Shown: positions 14,001 to 27,785, counted from the first letter of the stretch. The stretch: 64,000 nt of DNA from Azolla caroliniana (GCA_043228905.1 JBHGNT010000010.1:14446001-14510000); one strand, 5' to 3'. Notes: generated from the letters alone by a model not told the origin. Made by a program: numbers and translations.

Positions 14001-15868
14001 TCTTGTGCCACAGCTCACCGGCAGTGTCGGATGCTATGTTCACTTCTTCCCGACATATCCGGGAATGCATCAAATACAACGTGTTGATCTTCCGGGCTCG
14101 AGCCATGATTAGGCTTCCTTTGCTGAATTTCATGACTCCGTTCCGAATGCTACCCGTGTAGCCTTCATCATCTAGCCGATTGGCTGATATCAGGTTCAAC
14201 CGAACCTCTGGAACATGTCGGTCTTCTTTCAGCAACAATTTGCATCCGATTGATGTCGTCAACAACACATCTCCTATGCCGACAATTCGGCATGTACCTT
14301 CATTCCCCATCCGGACACAACCGTGATCTCCGGCTATGTAGGATGAGAAGCATTTCCGGTCAGGTATCAAATGGAACGATGCTCCGGAATCGACAACCCA
14401 TGTTGTCTCATCGCCTACAAGGTTTAACTCATTCTCCCCAGCAATGAGCATCAATTCTTCTTCACTTGTTGTGATCGCCAACGTTCCTTTTCCATCCGAG
14501 CCTCTCTGGACCAAACTCTTCTTTGGATTGGTGGTGTCAGCCCCTTTCTCTTTCTGGAAATGCCGACAGTTCTTATGGAAGTGCCCCAACTTCCCACAGT
14601 AGTAGCAAGTAGGCCTTCCCCTTGACTTCAACCTCGTCCTCGATTTGTCCCGGTTTTGGGGACTCCAATACCGGCCTCTTCCCCGGTTTTGGTCATCTTC
14701 CGTGACCAAGGCCTTCGGATCGGTTCCGGACTCCCGGTCCTTCCGGCGAGCTTCTTAATCTAGCAAACTTAATTTTACCCTTGATAAGGACATCTGCTTT
14801 CCTTCCGGCCCGGTGTTGGCCAACGTGACAACTAACGTCTCCCAACTATCTGGGGGGGAACCGAGTAGGAGTAATGCGAGAACCTCATCTGCGAGAGGTA
14901 CTTCTAACGAGGTGGCTTGGTGTATTAGCCCCTGGAAGGGATTCATGTGCTCTGTCATACTGGAGCCGTCTTGGTACCGGAGGCCCACTAACTTCCGGAA
15001 TACCGAAACCCGATTAACAACATTTTTGTTTTGGAACATGATGCCGATCTTCTCCTAGAGTTCATGAGCCTTACTTTCTTCATTGAAGTTGTTGTACAAG
15101 CTCATGTCGATGAAGCACCAAATGTACGTCGTCGTCTTCATGTGCATCACCTCCCATGTCGCGAAATAGATCTTATCCAGTTTCTTGTCCCCGAACTGTA
15201 CCGGCAACCAAAGATCTTTAACCACCAGCATGTCCCTCATCTTCGACTTCCACATTGAGTAATTGGGGTTGGTGAGCTTGAACATGTTGTTGAACGACTC
15301 TTCCATTTCTTGTGAACAGGCTCTAATACCAGTTTGTGTGGAAAATAGCACTCGGCCACAACCGAGTCTTAAACAATGAATGGAAGAAAACAACCTAAAA
15401 CAAAGAGGACACAGAGATGTTAACGTGGAAAACCCTAAATGGGAAAAACCACGGGAGCCCCTGGACTCCAAACTATCACTATATGAGAAAGGTACAATCA
15501 GAGACTCGGAGGCAACGACCTCGAGCTCTGTATCTTCGCCAATCGGAGGTTACAACAAAGTATCGCTCTGTGTCTCACACACACACTCTCTCTGTACAAC
15601 AAATAATAGTAACCAACAACCACATAATGTGATTGTCCTAAGTCATATTTATACTTATATGACTTTTGGGCTATTTACAAATATAGCCTCAATGGGCTTA
15701 TCTTAACATATTTACAAATATGTCCTTAGATCCGGTTCGCACCGTATCCAAATGGAATCACTGGTTCTGGTTTCCGAATCTCGTCCGGAACCCTTCTTCA
15801 TCCGGCTTCTTCATTCGGCTTGTCCGATTCTCATCCAGATCCCATCCGTAGGGATTAAATTCCCAACA
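11089..15868 (-). mobile_element. Copia B (Tnt1/Tork-like), inserted in the 3' LTR of X1; 5' LTR 15335-15868, truncated 3' LTR 11089-11264
   Basis: PBS tggtattagagcc (tRNA-iMet type) at 15319-15331; PPT aagggggagtt; gag, CYYCGKLGHFHKNC, WVVDSGAS, integrase, RT and RNase H fragments with stops and frameshifts (ORFs 15055-15471, 13498-14709, 11533-12135). Confidence 0.92.
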
Positions 15869-16447
15869 TAAGGTAATCGGGTCAAGGGGTCGTGGTACGT
15901 AGTGGTGGACAAGAAACCCGGAATTACATCGCTAGTTGATTACGAAAACAGTCGGGCACAACTGGCCTTGTAAATTTTACTTGAAATTAAGATAACAAAT
16001 CCAAATAACAGTTTGAACAGATTAGACCCACAAAGATAGATGTATTAATAGATTTAGATGCAAAAATTACATGGTTCACGGTCACAGTTCTATTCTCATA
16101 CAGTCAGATAGATAACCATAATCCTCTCTAGACTAGGGTATAAATCTCCCTCTATTCCTCTTCTCCCCCCTTTCTATTGATTCTACTCCTCATTTTATAG
16201 CTTCCCTCTTGGCGCGCTTCAGTCAATCCTTTCTTCTCGGCCTTCGTTCTCGGTTGCACGTATTCCGTTACCTTCCTCATTCTCGGTTGCCATTTTTCAC
16301 CTACTTTACCTACTCATATCCTTAGATTCGTTTCACATTGTATCCCTTTTGTCCCACAAATAACACTTGGCACGCCTGTGGGACAGTGCCTTCGCACGTC
16401 GAACCCAAAACTCGCAAAAATCGAAAGCAAAACAGACTATGTTACAA

Positions 16448-17903
16448 TCATTCTTCTTCCAAAATGACAAGGATTCCCTCGGGGTGTGGCTGTGTCGGTG
16501 TTGGAGGTGGCTCTTCTTTTGTAAGCTTGTTGGTGTGTAACTCGGCTAATATATCCATCGGTTGGTCTTGAGGCTCCGTCGTGGACTCTGGAATTGTTGC
16601 CTCCGGAAGTGATTCGGTGATCGGTACATCCACTTGCTCGGTTTCCACTCTTGGTTGTGGTTTCTCGTCTTCTTTTGGTGTCGGTGTGGCTTTCTTTATT
16701 ACATTGGCCGTGGATGCCTGTGCTGTGGCTTCTTCTTCCTTTTCAGTGAGGAGGCGCACACTCGTTCATAGGCTTCCACATCGAGTCTAAGCAGCATTAG
16801 ATTGTCGTTGAATTCCTCAAGGAGGTTCCCGATTGTCATGGTGTGCATGCTTGCCAGGGCTTGGTATTCATCTGTGAGGTCTTCCCGGAGGATTTGGATG
16901 ATATCAAATCCGCGCCCTTCTTTTTTCCGGTTTTGGGTGTCGGCTCGAAAAATCAGTAATTCGGATGTCTGTGCCGACCATTCTTGCCACCCTCGGGTTA
17001 GAGCCTCCTCGACCTTTTGATTAAGTTGTATTATGTGTTTGGCCACTATGGCTTTGATTCGGTCTTCACCCATTTCATACTTAGCTTAGAGGGTGTTCTA
17101 GTCGTTTTGTGCTTTTGCAGCGTCTTGTTCAAACTTGGCCTTGAGGATCGCACACGATGTTGTGACGTTAGCGAGTTGGGCCTCCAGATTTTGCGTATGC
17201 ATATCGTAGGGTTGGAGAAGTCGATCCGAATTATCGGCTAAATCATGCCGATAATGGTTTTGTTGCCTTTCGAGTTCGAGGGTTGTGGAGATTTTGAGTT
17301 GGTGGAGGGATTCCGCTAACGCCGCTCACTACGCCTTGGTTTCTTCTAACTTCTGAAGGAATCGACTTGAGCGGAGTTGGAGTTGCGAAAGTTCACTTCG
17401 CAAGGACTCCCTTGCTTTGGAGTGTTGGCAAGATGCCCATTGTTGCGCTTCCTCTACTTCCGCTAATTTTGTTGCTGCAAGGTCCTACACGACTTTGAGA
17501 GTCGTGACGACATTCTGTTCTGTTGTTCCGAGCTGGGCCGTTCAGTCGTCAAGCAAGTGTTGGAGGTCGACTTCACGTTTTGTTGCTTGTTCTTTCAAGT
17601 GATCGACTCGGTTTTAGTTGTCTCGTAATGTTCCTTGGCCTTATCATCAATGATAGTTTGGACTGCGAGCTCCTCTTCGTATTTGCGGTTTGGGCCTTCT
17701 GTCGTAACCGAGTCGGTGGGCTCGTCGGTTTGTTTGGACGCATCCACAGGTTGGGGGGATTGGTCATATCCGTTTGGATGAAAGTATTGACGGGGTTGGA
17801 CTAGGGGTGGTCTGGTGAGGAGGTTGGGTTCGCCTCTTTCGTGGAGCCATTGTTGAAGCTCAGTCAAGCGGCTTTCCAAGGCTTGGGGCCTGTGACCTGC
17901 CAT
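16448..17903 (-). pseudogene. X1 extra ORF B, coiled-coil-like accessory protein (disrupted)
   Basis: MAGHRPQALESRLTELQQWLHERG... through WQEWSAQTSEL... to an acidic Pro/Thr tail; visibly similar to the ORF at 60863-61108. Confidence 0.6.
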
Positions 17904-17949
17904 AACTTTGTGGCCGTTTTCACTTGTTTGCTGCTAACTGTGATATCTT

Positions 17950-18950
17950 TGGCCGCGCGGGTTGCCTTCTCTAATCTCGATAGACCTTGACTAACGCCGT
18001 GTTGAGATCGGGTAGCTCGATGCGCACTCGACGTTTCTTGGTGACACGCCTTCGTCTAACTTTTTGTAATTTCAGCTCATCATTAGTTTCACCCGCTCGA
18101 CCATTTGTTGTTCAGCGTGTTCCTGAGCCATGCGGGACGCAACTGTAATCTAGAGGCGAGCCAAGAAATCTATGAGCTCATATGCTGTGCCGTGTTGCAA
18201 AATGGTGCCGAGCTCGTAAGATTCTGCAGGTAATTCTTTGAAGGTCATAACTTCCTTCTCTGAGAATCGAGAATTATGCTCTTGCTTGATATGTCCGGTT
18301 AGGGCTAATGTCTTATCGGTAACAACCATGATTACCTTATCCGACAATATGACTAGCTACTGGTTTTCGGCCGAGGAGTCCTCGGTAGTCTGTTCTTCAC
18401 TGAGGCGATGGAGTCGGCAACGCTTCTTGGTGGGGCTCATCTTTGGTGCTACGAGTACTAAGTGATGTGCGAAGGCAGGCAATAATCGTTTACTTGTTTG
18501 AAAAGCCAATATTGCGGCGCGAATTCCTTCCTCGGTTATGATGCCCCAATTGATGGCACCGCCTTGGTATGTCATGATGATGAGGCTAGCCTTCTTCTTG
18601 GGCATGTTGTATGTGTTTGCATGTACACAGACGAATTATAGGATGAAATGGGCCAGCTTACCGAAAAACTCATTGGGTCCCCCATGTGTGCAATGGGCTT
18701 TCGCGGACGCCCAATACTCCCCGAAATGTTGTTCCAAGATATGTTGAGGCGAAGCCTCGATTTCATGTTCTCCCCCTCGTTGTAGTCCCAACACTGATCG
18801 GATCTGGTTGTTGGTGATGATGTCGGGATGCACCCTTTGTGTTATTGCCTGTGCCTCATGGTGGGGAGCGGTGTCGAATACGAGGAGGTAACCCCCTAAG
18901 CCATGTCTAGTTAATGAAGCGTGGAGCTCCTCGGATACTTTGATTAACAT
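17950..18950 (-). pseudogene. X1 extra ORF A downstream of integrase (plant-transposon / mobile-domain-like, disrupted)
   Basis: MLIKVSEELHASLTRHGLGGY...HFGEYW...GGAINWGII across ORFs 18636-19211, 18357-18605 and 18150-18347; same strand as pol; family assignment is by resemblance only. Confidence 0.5.
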
Positions 18951-21715
18951 GGTTGTTCCAACAGAAAGAGAGGAAGAGTGGTCATGGAAGTAAGGAGACA
19001 GAGAGCGAGAGAGAGCTTCTGTGCAAGGGGTTTGGGAGTGAGAGGGCGTCTGAGCAGAAGACGTGAGAGCTTGAATACTTTGAGTGTTTCTGCAAAAGTG
19101 AGGACTTCGCATGTGGTGCCTCTCTTTTTGTATGTGCCTCGGTTCTCGAGACGTAGGCTTGTGCCCTAGATTTAGAATCTGCCTTGCATTGCTGGGAGTT
19201 AAGGACCACACGTCCTAGGAACCGTTTGTAATTTCTTTTTCTCGTGTGGCATGCCTGTTCTTTAAATACTTAGTGGGTTTGTTTTTCATTTCATAATAAT
19301 AGTATACAATTTCGGGTAGTAGGTAGAGTAATTATTGTGATTGGGGCGAGGTGCCCCCGAGATCTGGTGTTCTACCTACCACAGGTTGGTCCTGACTGTG
19401 CTAGTGATTGGCGAAGGGATTGGTTGATGTCGGGCCTAGGTATGGGTTTAGTCGAAATCCATTAACCCAAGTTTGCAAAACTTCCCCTGCTAAAGTGTCG
19501 AGTTGGAACATTTCGTTGAATTCGTTGATAATCCAGAAGGGTCCCGTCCACTGGAAACAAAGTTTCCCCATCATCGAACTGAGCCGGGTTTGGAACACGA
19601 GGACTGGTTTCCCGATCTTGAATTATTTTTCGGATCCTCGCCGATGTCGATCCACAAAAGTTTTCCTTTGGCGCTGCCCATGCTCCAATTGTGCGAGACT
19701 GGTAATACGATCTTCCCCGAGCTCGAGTAACTGTTTCGGGCCATTTTTGTTTAGACTCGAACTCGGAAAGTCATTTGATTACTTGAACACGTAAACTTGG
19801 CACTTGAAACTCGATGGGCATAACTGCTTCCAACTTGAAAGCCATTCGAAAGGGAGTAGATCAAATACTTGTTTTGAACATTGTGCGATATGCCCATAGT
19901 GCACTGTGCAGATTATCATCTCAATCGGTTTGATTCTCGTTCACGATTTTCTTGAGGATGTTTTATAAGGTCTTGTTCGTTGACTCAGCCAACCTGTTTT
20001 CTTGAGGGTAGTAGGGTGTGCTTTTCTTATGTACGACCGCGTAATGGGTGGTAAGATTGCAGACCAAATGATTGAGAAAGTGACCTCCTTGGTCGCTTAC
20101 GAGCTCAATTGGATAGCCAAATCGACTCCATAGATATTCATACATGAACTTGGTGGTAGACATGGCCGTGTTGCCGTGTAGCGCCTTTGCTTCGACCCAT
20201 TTCGTGCAATAGTCGGTGGCCACGATGATGTACTTATTATTACTAGTTTGGGCCGTGGCTGGTTTAAATGGACCAATGAAATCCAATCCCCACTTCTGGA
20301 AAGGTTCTAATGGAAGGAACGGTTGGTGAGGCATAAGGGCTTGTTCGGTGGGTTGGCCCATTCGCTGAAATAAGTCACATTGTTTGCAATATTCGTGAGC
20401 ATCCTTCTTTGTTGTGGGCCACCACAACCCACTTTGCTAAATTTTCCGAGCCGTGGCATCGCCGGCATAGTGACTGCTAGCTATCCTTTGATGTGCTTCC
20501 TATAGGATCGCATCCTTTTCGAAGTGACGTACTGCATGATGCTAGATGCCATCCAAGCCTTTGTGGTACAGGGTGTGTGTGACAAGGCAAAAATTTCGAC
20601 TGCGAACTACCAATCGTTTCTTGGCATCTAGGGTCAAATTTTCAGGTGGAAGGCCGGTGCTTAGGAAGTGTGACATCTCGTTTATCCAGTCGTCCTCACT
20701 ATTGGCTGATGGTGTGGCTGTGTCTACCCCGAAAAGGTTGGCGTTGGGTAATTCATCGTATTCCATTGTGGCTGGTTGCCTCGATTTGAGCCGGCTCAAG
20801 TAATCTGCGACCGCATGTTGTACTCCTAGTCAATGTTGTATGTCGAATTCAAATTCTTGGAGAAGCAACATCCATCGTGCTAGAGTGCCTGCTTATTGAC
20901 GAAATAGAGTAGTGTCGAGTGATCCACGTGGAACGTAAATTTTCAGTCGAGCAAATAGTGCCGAAATTTCGTAATGTTATAGATAATGCCGAGTGCCTCC
21001 TGTTCTATTGTGGAGTAGTTCCTTTCGGTTGTTGAGAGCCGATAGCTAGCATAGTAGACTGGGCGATACCAGTTTGGAGGTGTCTTTTGCATGAGGGCAC
21101 TCCCAATTGCCACGTCCAATGCGTCGATGAAAACGTGGAAGGGTTGTGACCAATTCGGTGGTTGCACTATCGGTGCATGCGAGAGCGTTACCTTAAGGGA
21201 GCAATATGCGTCATCTTTTGTTGCCGTCCAACGAAACGGAACCCGACGTACAACCGGGTGTAACGTTGTCGTGAACTCGGCCAAGTAACGCAACATTCTG
21301 CAATGCCACCTAATTTGACCCAAAAACCGACTGAGGGCTTTTGTTGTGGTCAGGGCTGGAGCATTCAGGATGGCTTGCACTTTATCAGGATCCATTGCTA
21401 TTCCATCGCGGCTGACAATGTGGCCGAGTAAGGCTCCGCTACACACACAAAATGCACACTTGGCTGGGTTTAGGCTTAGCCGAGCTTGCCGGCATCGCTC
21501 TAGAAAAACGCATAAGTGCCCAAGGTGCTCGTTCTTCCAGCCACACAAGGCAAAGTCATCGAGAAAGACTTGCATAAAGGCCGGAATGTAATTGTTGAAA
21601 ATCTTGGCGAAAATTCGTTGGAAAGTGGCCGGAGTTGTCTTTAGGGTGAGCATCATCACAACTGCCACGAACACGCCCCATTCAGTGACAAATGTTGTTT
21701 CCTCTTGGTCATTGG

Positions 21716-22878
21716 TGTCGCGAAAATACGACAAGGATACGTGAACTTGAGGCAGGACCCCGGGGCCTCCGGCCAGAGGATATTAGATTCGTGCGTTTAT
21801 CTTTTTAACAATTAACGGAAATGAGAAATTTAATAATTTTTCATTAGTAAAGGAAAAGAAATTACAATATGTCTCAAGATTGGGATTCAGAATCTTAGGT
21901 TTATTGAGATTAATAGAAAAGAAAAATTAGGGGTTTTGAGAGATGTTCCTTTGCATCCCCCACTTTTAGTTGCATGGCCTCTACTTTCAGTTGCATGGCT
22001 TTTAGTTGCATGCGTTCATTTTTAGTTGCATGGCCTCTACTTTTAGTTGCATGTTTCCATTTTTATATTCGGCCATATGATCAATCATCCATAAAGTTTG
22101 GCCCGTGCATAATCTGTACGTGCGTCGCTACCGAACACGCACGCGTGCGCGCGCCCACCGAACCGTGTGCGTGTGTCCTTGGCCGAAATTTTTATATTCT
22201 ACAATATGATCAATCATATCCATAAAGTTTGGCCTGTGCGTAATCTGTGGATGCCTAAACCCTAAACCCTGACCCAGAGAAGGCGTGGTGTTGCCTTTCC
22301 CCCTGAAAAGCTAGGCTTGGTATCCCTTCCGCCGTACCTCACGTTCATGGTATCTACATTCAACTGTGCTTTAGAGACATGGTCAAAGTACGCCCAAGGA
22401 TTGGTTAGGCCCCTAACCGAGCCGTGGACGCCTCCGTGCACGCGCGCGTCCTTAATTGAGTCGTGGCGAGCCGTGGATGCTTCCGCGTGCGCACACGTTG
22501 CGACTGAGCCGTGCAATGTGGTCGATCAAGCCGCGACCCAAAATCGGTTGCAAGGAAACCATCCACACAATTCAACCATGCTCACCTTGGTTATTCAGTG
22601 CTCCAAACACAAAGATATGAAGTAATGTGTTGTGGCTCTCGTTATATAATGTGGGATCCTTATGTTGTCCTATATATGTGGGATATCTCACAGTTATGTT
22701 TTCCTCTTCTTCTCAAACTTCACACTCACATAACTTGATACTTGTTTATCCGTTTCATGTGTAGTAAAATGTTTTATGAAGCTCTTGAAGATATCTATCT
22801 TCCCATATCATTCCATTAAGCTAATCTTAAATAATTATTTTACTAGTTTTCATATCGTGTGTGAAAAACCACACGACA
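21716..22878. mobile_element. Solo LTR (1163 bp) inside the X1 RT
   Basis: TGTCG...CGACA termini; flanks ttgg/tcga fit a CpG-decayed 4-bp TSD TCGG, and removing it restores in-frame MHPDDQEETTF; internal short repeats tttagttgcatg. Confidence 0.8.
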
Positions 22879-25800
22879 TCGAGATGCATTCAAATTTGAT
22901 TATAACCGTTGAACCCGTCTAAAAAGCTATAACATTCATGGCTAGCCACTGCGTCGAGGATGCCATCTGTGAACGGAAAAGGAAAGGCATCCATAACAGT
23001 TTTCGCATTGAGCTTGCGATAGTCGATGCAAACTCGGATTTGCCCGTTCTTTTTCGGAACTACGATGATAGGGCTTAACCATGTGGCCCGTTTTACCGGC
23101 CGAATGAACCCTACTCGACGAGTTTGTCAATTTCCTCTACTTTAGCTGTGTAATTGGGATTCATCTGGTAGCGACATTGTTGCATGGGTCGTGCATCGCG
23201 CTGGAGCTGAATCTGGTGCTGGTAGTATTGGGGATTGAGCCCCTTCATGTCGTTGTACGACCATGCGAACAGATCTTGGTAATCATTCAACAGCCCAACC
23301 AGGGTTGATCGTTCCTCGAGGGCCAATTCTTTCGTGATTTTAAGAGTGCGTGGTTCGGTGGGGGAACCAAGATTAATTTACTCTAGTGTGGAGGCCTTCA
23401 CTCTCTAAGAGATAGCCAATTCCCAAGCAAGCACGTCGTGGGCATGCCGTAATTCTTCCATGGACTACGGGTCAGGTTCGTGTGCTACCTCGTTCTCCTC
23501 AGGTGCCGGCTCGGATACGTACGGTTAGACAGCCTTGAGAACATCGATTTCAAACAAAGGAATGATCATGGGGTGTTCCTCGAGGTAGTTGTCCATTTCT
23601 TCATCCGTGAGGCCGTCGAGCATGTGGACTCCGTCAGCATATAGCGGGCTGGTATCAGGAGGTGTCACGATCCGTTCATCTGTGATGACATAGATCTTGG
23701 TTTTTCCACGGTAGAAGGAGATCATATTCCGCTGTTAGTGTTGCTTAATGTTGGCCGTACGCAACCATGGACGACCGAGAAACATTGGGTATGCCCCGAG
23801 AGCATTGAGGCGTAACTCCATCGCGGAGATGGTGAAAGTGTGGCCTCCAAGGATGAAGTCCAGGTGGCGGATTAACCCCATAGGTCAAATGGAATGGGTG
23901 TCCTCCATTCGGAGCCAAAATAGACATGGCTCCCATTGGGTGATGCCGAGGTCGTGACATGTTGCCTCATTGATGACATTAACACCTGAACCACCATCGA
24001 TAATGCAACTGTGAACCTCGTGGCCTTTGATGACTAGCTTAACCATGGGGTTCTGGAAGTCCATTAATGGTGGACCGATGTCCGGTTCTGCCAGACGTAC
24101 ATGCCAAGTGGTTGGTGCTTTGCCGGTGGTGAGAGATGCCATAGTGTCCTTGAATCGGGGAAGCAAATGTAGTAGTTTATTTAAGGGCATGGAGATTTGG
24201 CAGCTTGTGAGAGCTTGCCACACAAGGTCGTCGTCATGCGCCCCGGTAGGTTGAGAGGAAACTGGGGGACCGATAGTGATATCGTTCATCTCGGTCTGCA
24301 TTCTCTCGGTATTAGCTTGATTAGCCATGTCGACCCATTTTTTGGTGGCCTGCCGGACTTCATTTTGAATTTCCCATTGTGTTTTATCTGCTTTGCTTCA
24401 GGTCATGACCTGTTGAACATTTGTCATAATGATGTTTACGACAGGTGCTTTACCTCAATCGTTGGCTGGGCACTGAGTGGCGTAATGCCCTGGTTGGTTG
24501 CAATTAAAACACGTTACTAGTCCTGAGTGGCTAGATTCCCCTTGCTGGAATTGGGATATTTGATTTTGTGGGGGATAATCTTCTCGGGCTACGAGGCGTA
24601 GGTCTAGGCACGAGGAGCGTTTTCCCGAGACTCGGGCCGGGGGTGCCGTCGATTATCGGTGCGTGGAGGGTCTCGGCGACGGTTTTCGAAGGGTTGTCGA
24701 TTATTGCTCGAGGGTTGGGGACCACGATTATTATAAGGAGGCCGTCGGTCATGCCATGGATACCTTAGTTTGTAGTAGTCCTCTCGGTCGTAATCATAAC
24801 GGTAATAGTCATCATCCGGATGACACGACTCCTGTAGTCGGTATTGGTTATCTCAATGATAACGATCCGGTTTGGGTCGGTAGTTGTTGTCCTAGGGATG
24901 CCGATCGCCGTACCAAGGCCTCTCCGCATCCCGGGACGATACTCTTGTTGAGGGCGATCGTGACGTGGCTCGATATGTAGTACAATAGTAGAGGTTGTTT
25001 GATTAACATATTGTACTCACATTGTTCGACTGTATGGATCCGAGAATGGCAGATTGGGCGAAGAGGGCAATCCACGGCTAAGTGGCCGGATTGCGTGCAT
25101 GTTGTACATCGGAGGGCCTGCTGAAACTAGGTTTCTTCATGGGTCGAAAAGGCGTGTTAGAGTGGGCCCATCGAAAAAGAAGTGCTATGTTGGGCTCTAT
25201 TTATTGCGAGGACGCGAGTGACCACTTGCTCGATGGTTTGTTGGGAAAAATTTGTCAAGGCGAGAGTTGTGCAAAGGGGTTCCCAAAGGTCGACAAGGAA
25301 CGTGTCTTTTGAATGATTTGTGGAGACATCTTGAGCAAGTTGCAGATATAGATCCTGGAATCGGATTTGTGAACTAAGAAACTGTCTCATGCGGTTCCTG
25401 TAATATAGTGTAGATCTGTCGGAGCAATTCCCACTTAGGTATTTCACGGTGGAAGAGTTTGAGGAATTGAGTGCAAACGTCTTGAAACGTTGCAATTTCC
25501 TCAAGATCACAACGGGAATACCACCGGGTCGTGGGCTCGTCGAGGGACATTGTGAATTTGGCGATTTTGGAGGCATCGACCTCCGCAATGGTGAGATGCA
25601 TCATCGAATGGTTGGCTTACTAAGTAGACACAAAAGAGCGGATGTGAGACTCCGCATTAGGGCCATCTGTATAACGGGGATACGGGTAAGGCATGTTGTC
25701 GAAGTGCGGTCTTTTGGTAACGCCAGAAAGGGGTTGAACTTCGCTTAGGTAACTTCGGGAGGACTCGGAGGTGCGGCGAGGTCAGAGCCTATGTGCGACT

Positions 25801-27785
25801 ATGTGTCAGGGCCCGCTACTGGCAAGTGGTGCTACTCTGGGGGCTCCGGTGATGATTGCTGTGTGAGCGCGGAGTCGACAGTTTCCTTGGCTGGCTCGAC
25901 GCGGCGGGAGGGTAGTCGAGAACGCGTGGTGCGTTAGGTGTCGTAATGGTGGCTAGGGTTACCACCTATGTTGTTCGCTTTATTGCACAATGTGAACCGG
26001 GCGTGCCAAATTGTGTTGTCTCTACTCCGAGATAACACCTTCGATTACTTCTAAGGTAATCGGGTCAAGGGGTCGTCGTACATAGTGGTGGACAAGAAAC
26101 CCGGGATTGCACCACTAGTGGATTATGAAAACAATCGGCCACAACCGGCCTTGTAAATTTTACTTGAAATTAAGATAACAAATCCAAATAACATAGATAA
26201 ATGTTTGAACAAATTAGACCCACAAAGATATATGATGTATTAATAGATTCAAATGTAAAAGTTACACGGCTCACGACCGGAGTTCTATTCTCATAAAGTT
26301 AGATGGATAACCGTAATCTTCTCTAGACTAGGGTATAACTCTCCCTCTATTCCTCTTCTCCCCCCTTTCTACTGATTCTGCTCCTCATTTTATAGCTTCC
26401 CTCTTGGCGCGCTTCAGTCAATCCTTTCTTCTCGGCCTTCATTCTCGGCTGCACGTATTCCGTTACCTTCCTCATTCTCGGTTGTCATTTTTCACCTACT
26501 TTACCTACTCATATTCTTAGATTCATTTCACATTGTATCCCTTTTGTCCCATGGATAACACAAAACGTTCTTGATGTAGGTTTGGTTGCCGTCTTCCCCA
26601 AATGTGACATTGCCGACATTCTGAATGGGGTGAATTGTGTCATCCCTAGTTTCCAATAGCCGGATCATTCGGGCTTTTGTAGCTCTTTCAACCAATTCTC
26701 GTGGGATGTCATGTGGTTGGATGTACCCGAATCGACAAACCATATAGTTTCTGGTTTGGAGGTGTTGGTCGGATTGGAGGTTGTCATCAAGTTCACTATG
26801 TGCCTCATTACAAACATTCCGCCACGATTGTCATAGTCAGAGTTTGTGGTGTAGTTGGTGAGTTGTCGGCTTGTGGAGTCCAACTCACTCTTCTTCTTCA
26901 TACACTCTGCCTCATAGTGGCCAAATTTACCACAATATCCGCAATGGGCAGAATGTTTTTGTTGGCTAGGTACGTCATGATTGCTCCCCCTTCTTCCGGA
27001 CGCTTCGTCTTGCACGTTCGACACGTTTTGTCGGTATTAGAAGTTATGTTCTCTAGGTTGCTCTTGGTTGTGTTGGCCTGGCCGAATCGGCCTCTTTTTC
27101 CATGACCTTGTCCTCTTCCTCCATCGAAGTATGAATAGAGCATATGTCCTTCTTGTGCATTGCTTCTTGTTCGAACATGATTCTCCTCGACCAACAACAT
27201 CGATTAGATATCGAATGAGGGAAGATTCTCCCTCGTGAGGACTGCCGACTGAATGGCTCCGAATCGAGGTGCTAAGCCTCTGAGGCAAATCTACACCATT
27301 TCATCATCGTCAATGCTAACATTGATCGACTCGAGGGCATCACACAACTCCTTGATCTTCAAGGTGTAGCGGCCGATTGTCATGTCCCTCTGTTGTATAC
27401 CATTCAACTCTTGACGGAGTTGAAGCTTTCTTGCGGTCGTGTTGGCCGCGAAGATCTTCTTGAGGTTCCCCCACGCCTCCTTCGGCGTTTTTGCCTCTCG
27501 GATGTACCCGAGCATGTGATCATGGACGCATGATGCAAGGCGGTGGGGTGGTCACACACTTGAGTATCCTAGAGTGTGTTCCCACCAGCGTTGTTTACGT
27601 ACGTGTATTTAACGTATTAATACGTATAATACCTCATACTTTGTATAGTACATACTATACGTCATTGTTGTTCAGTCAAATATCATGTAAATTTTTCTAA
27701 TACGGTATTTAACGTACTTTTAAAACAATAGGTATAATACGTATTTATAAAACCCTAAAAAAAAGAAAAGAAAAAAACGATTTTA

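Larger units (their letters stand above)
15869..26560 (-). mobile_element. Element X1: non-chromovirus Ty3/Gypsy (Athila/Tat-like or seed-free-plant lineage) with two extra 3' ORFs; LTRs 15869-16365 (truncated) and ~26014-26560
   Basis: Direct LTRs; PBS tggcacgcccggt at 25996-26008; gag ~24500-25760; protease IIDGGSGVN; RT FLDDF; RNase H ERNYSTIEQEAL; integrase PFQKWGLDFIGP, DYCTKWVEA and WTGPF; no chromodomain; no PPT; inserted into Copia A. Confidence 0.9.
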
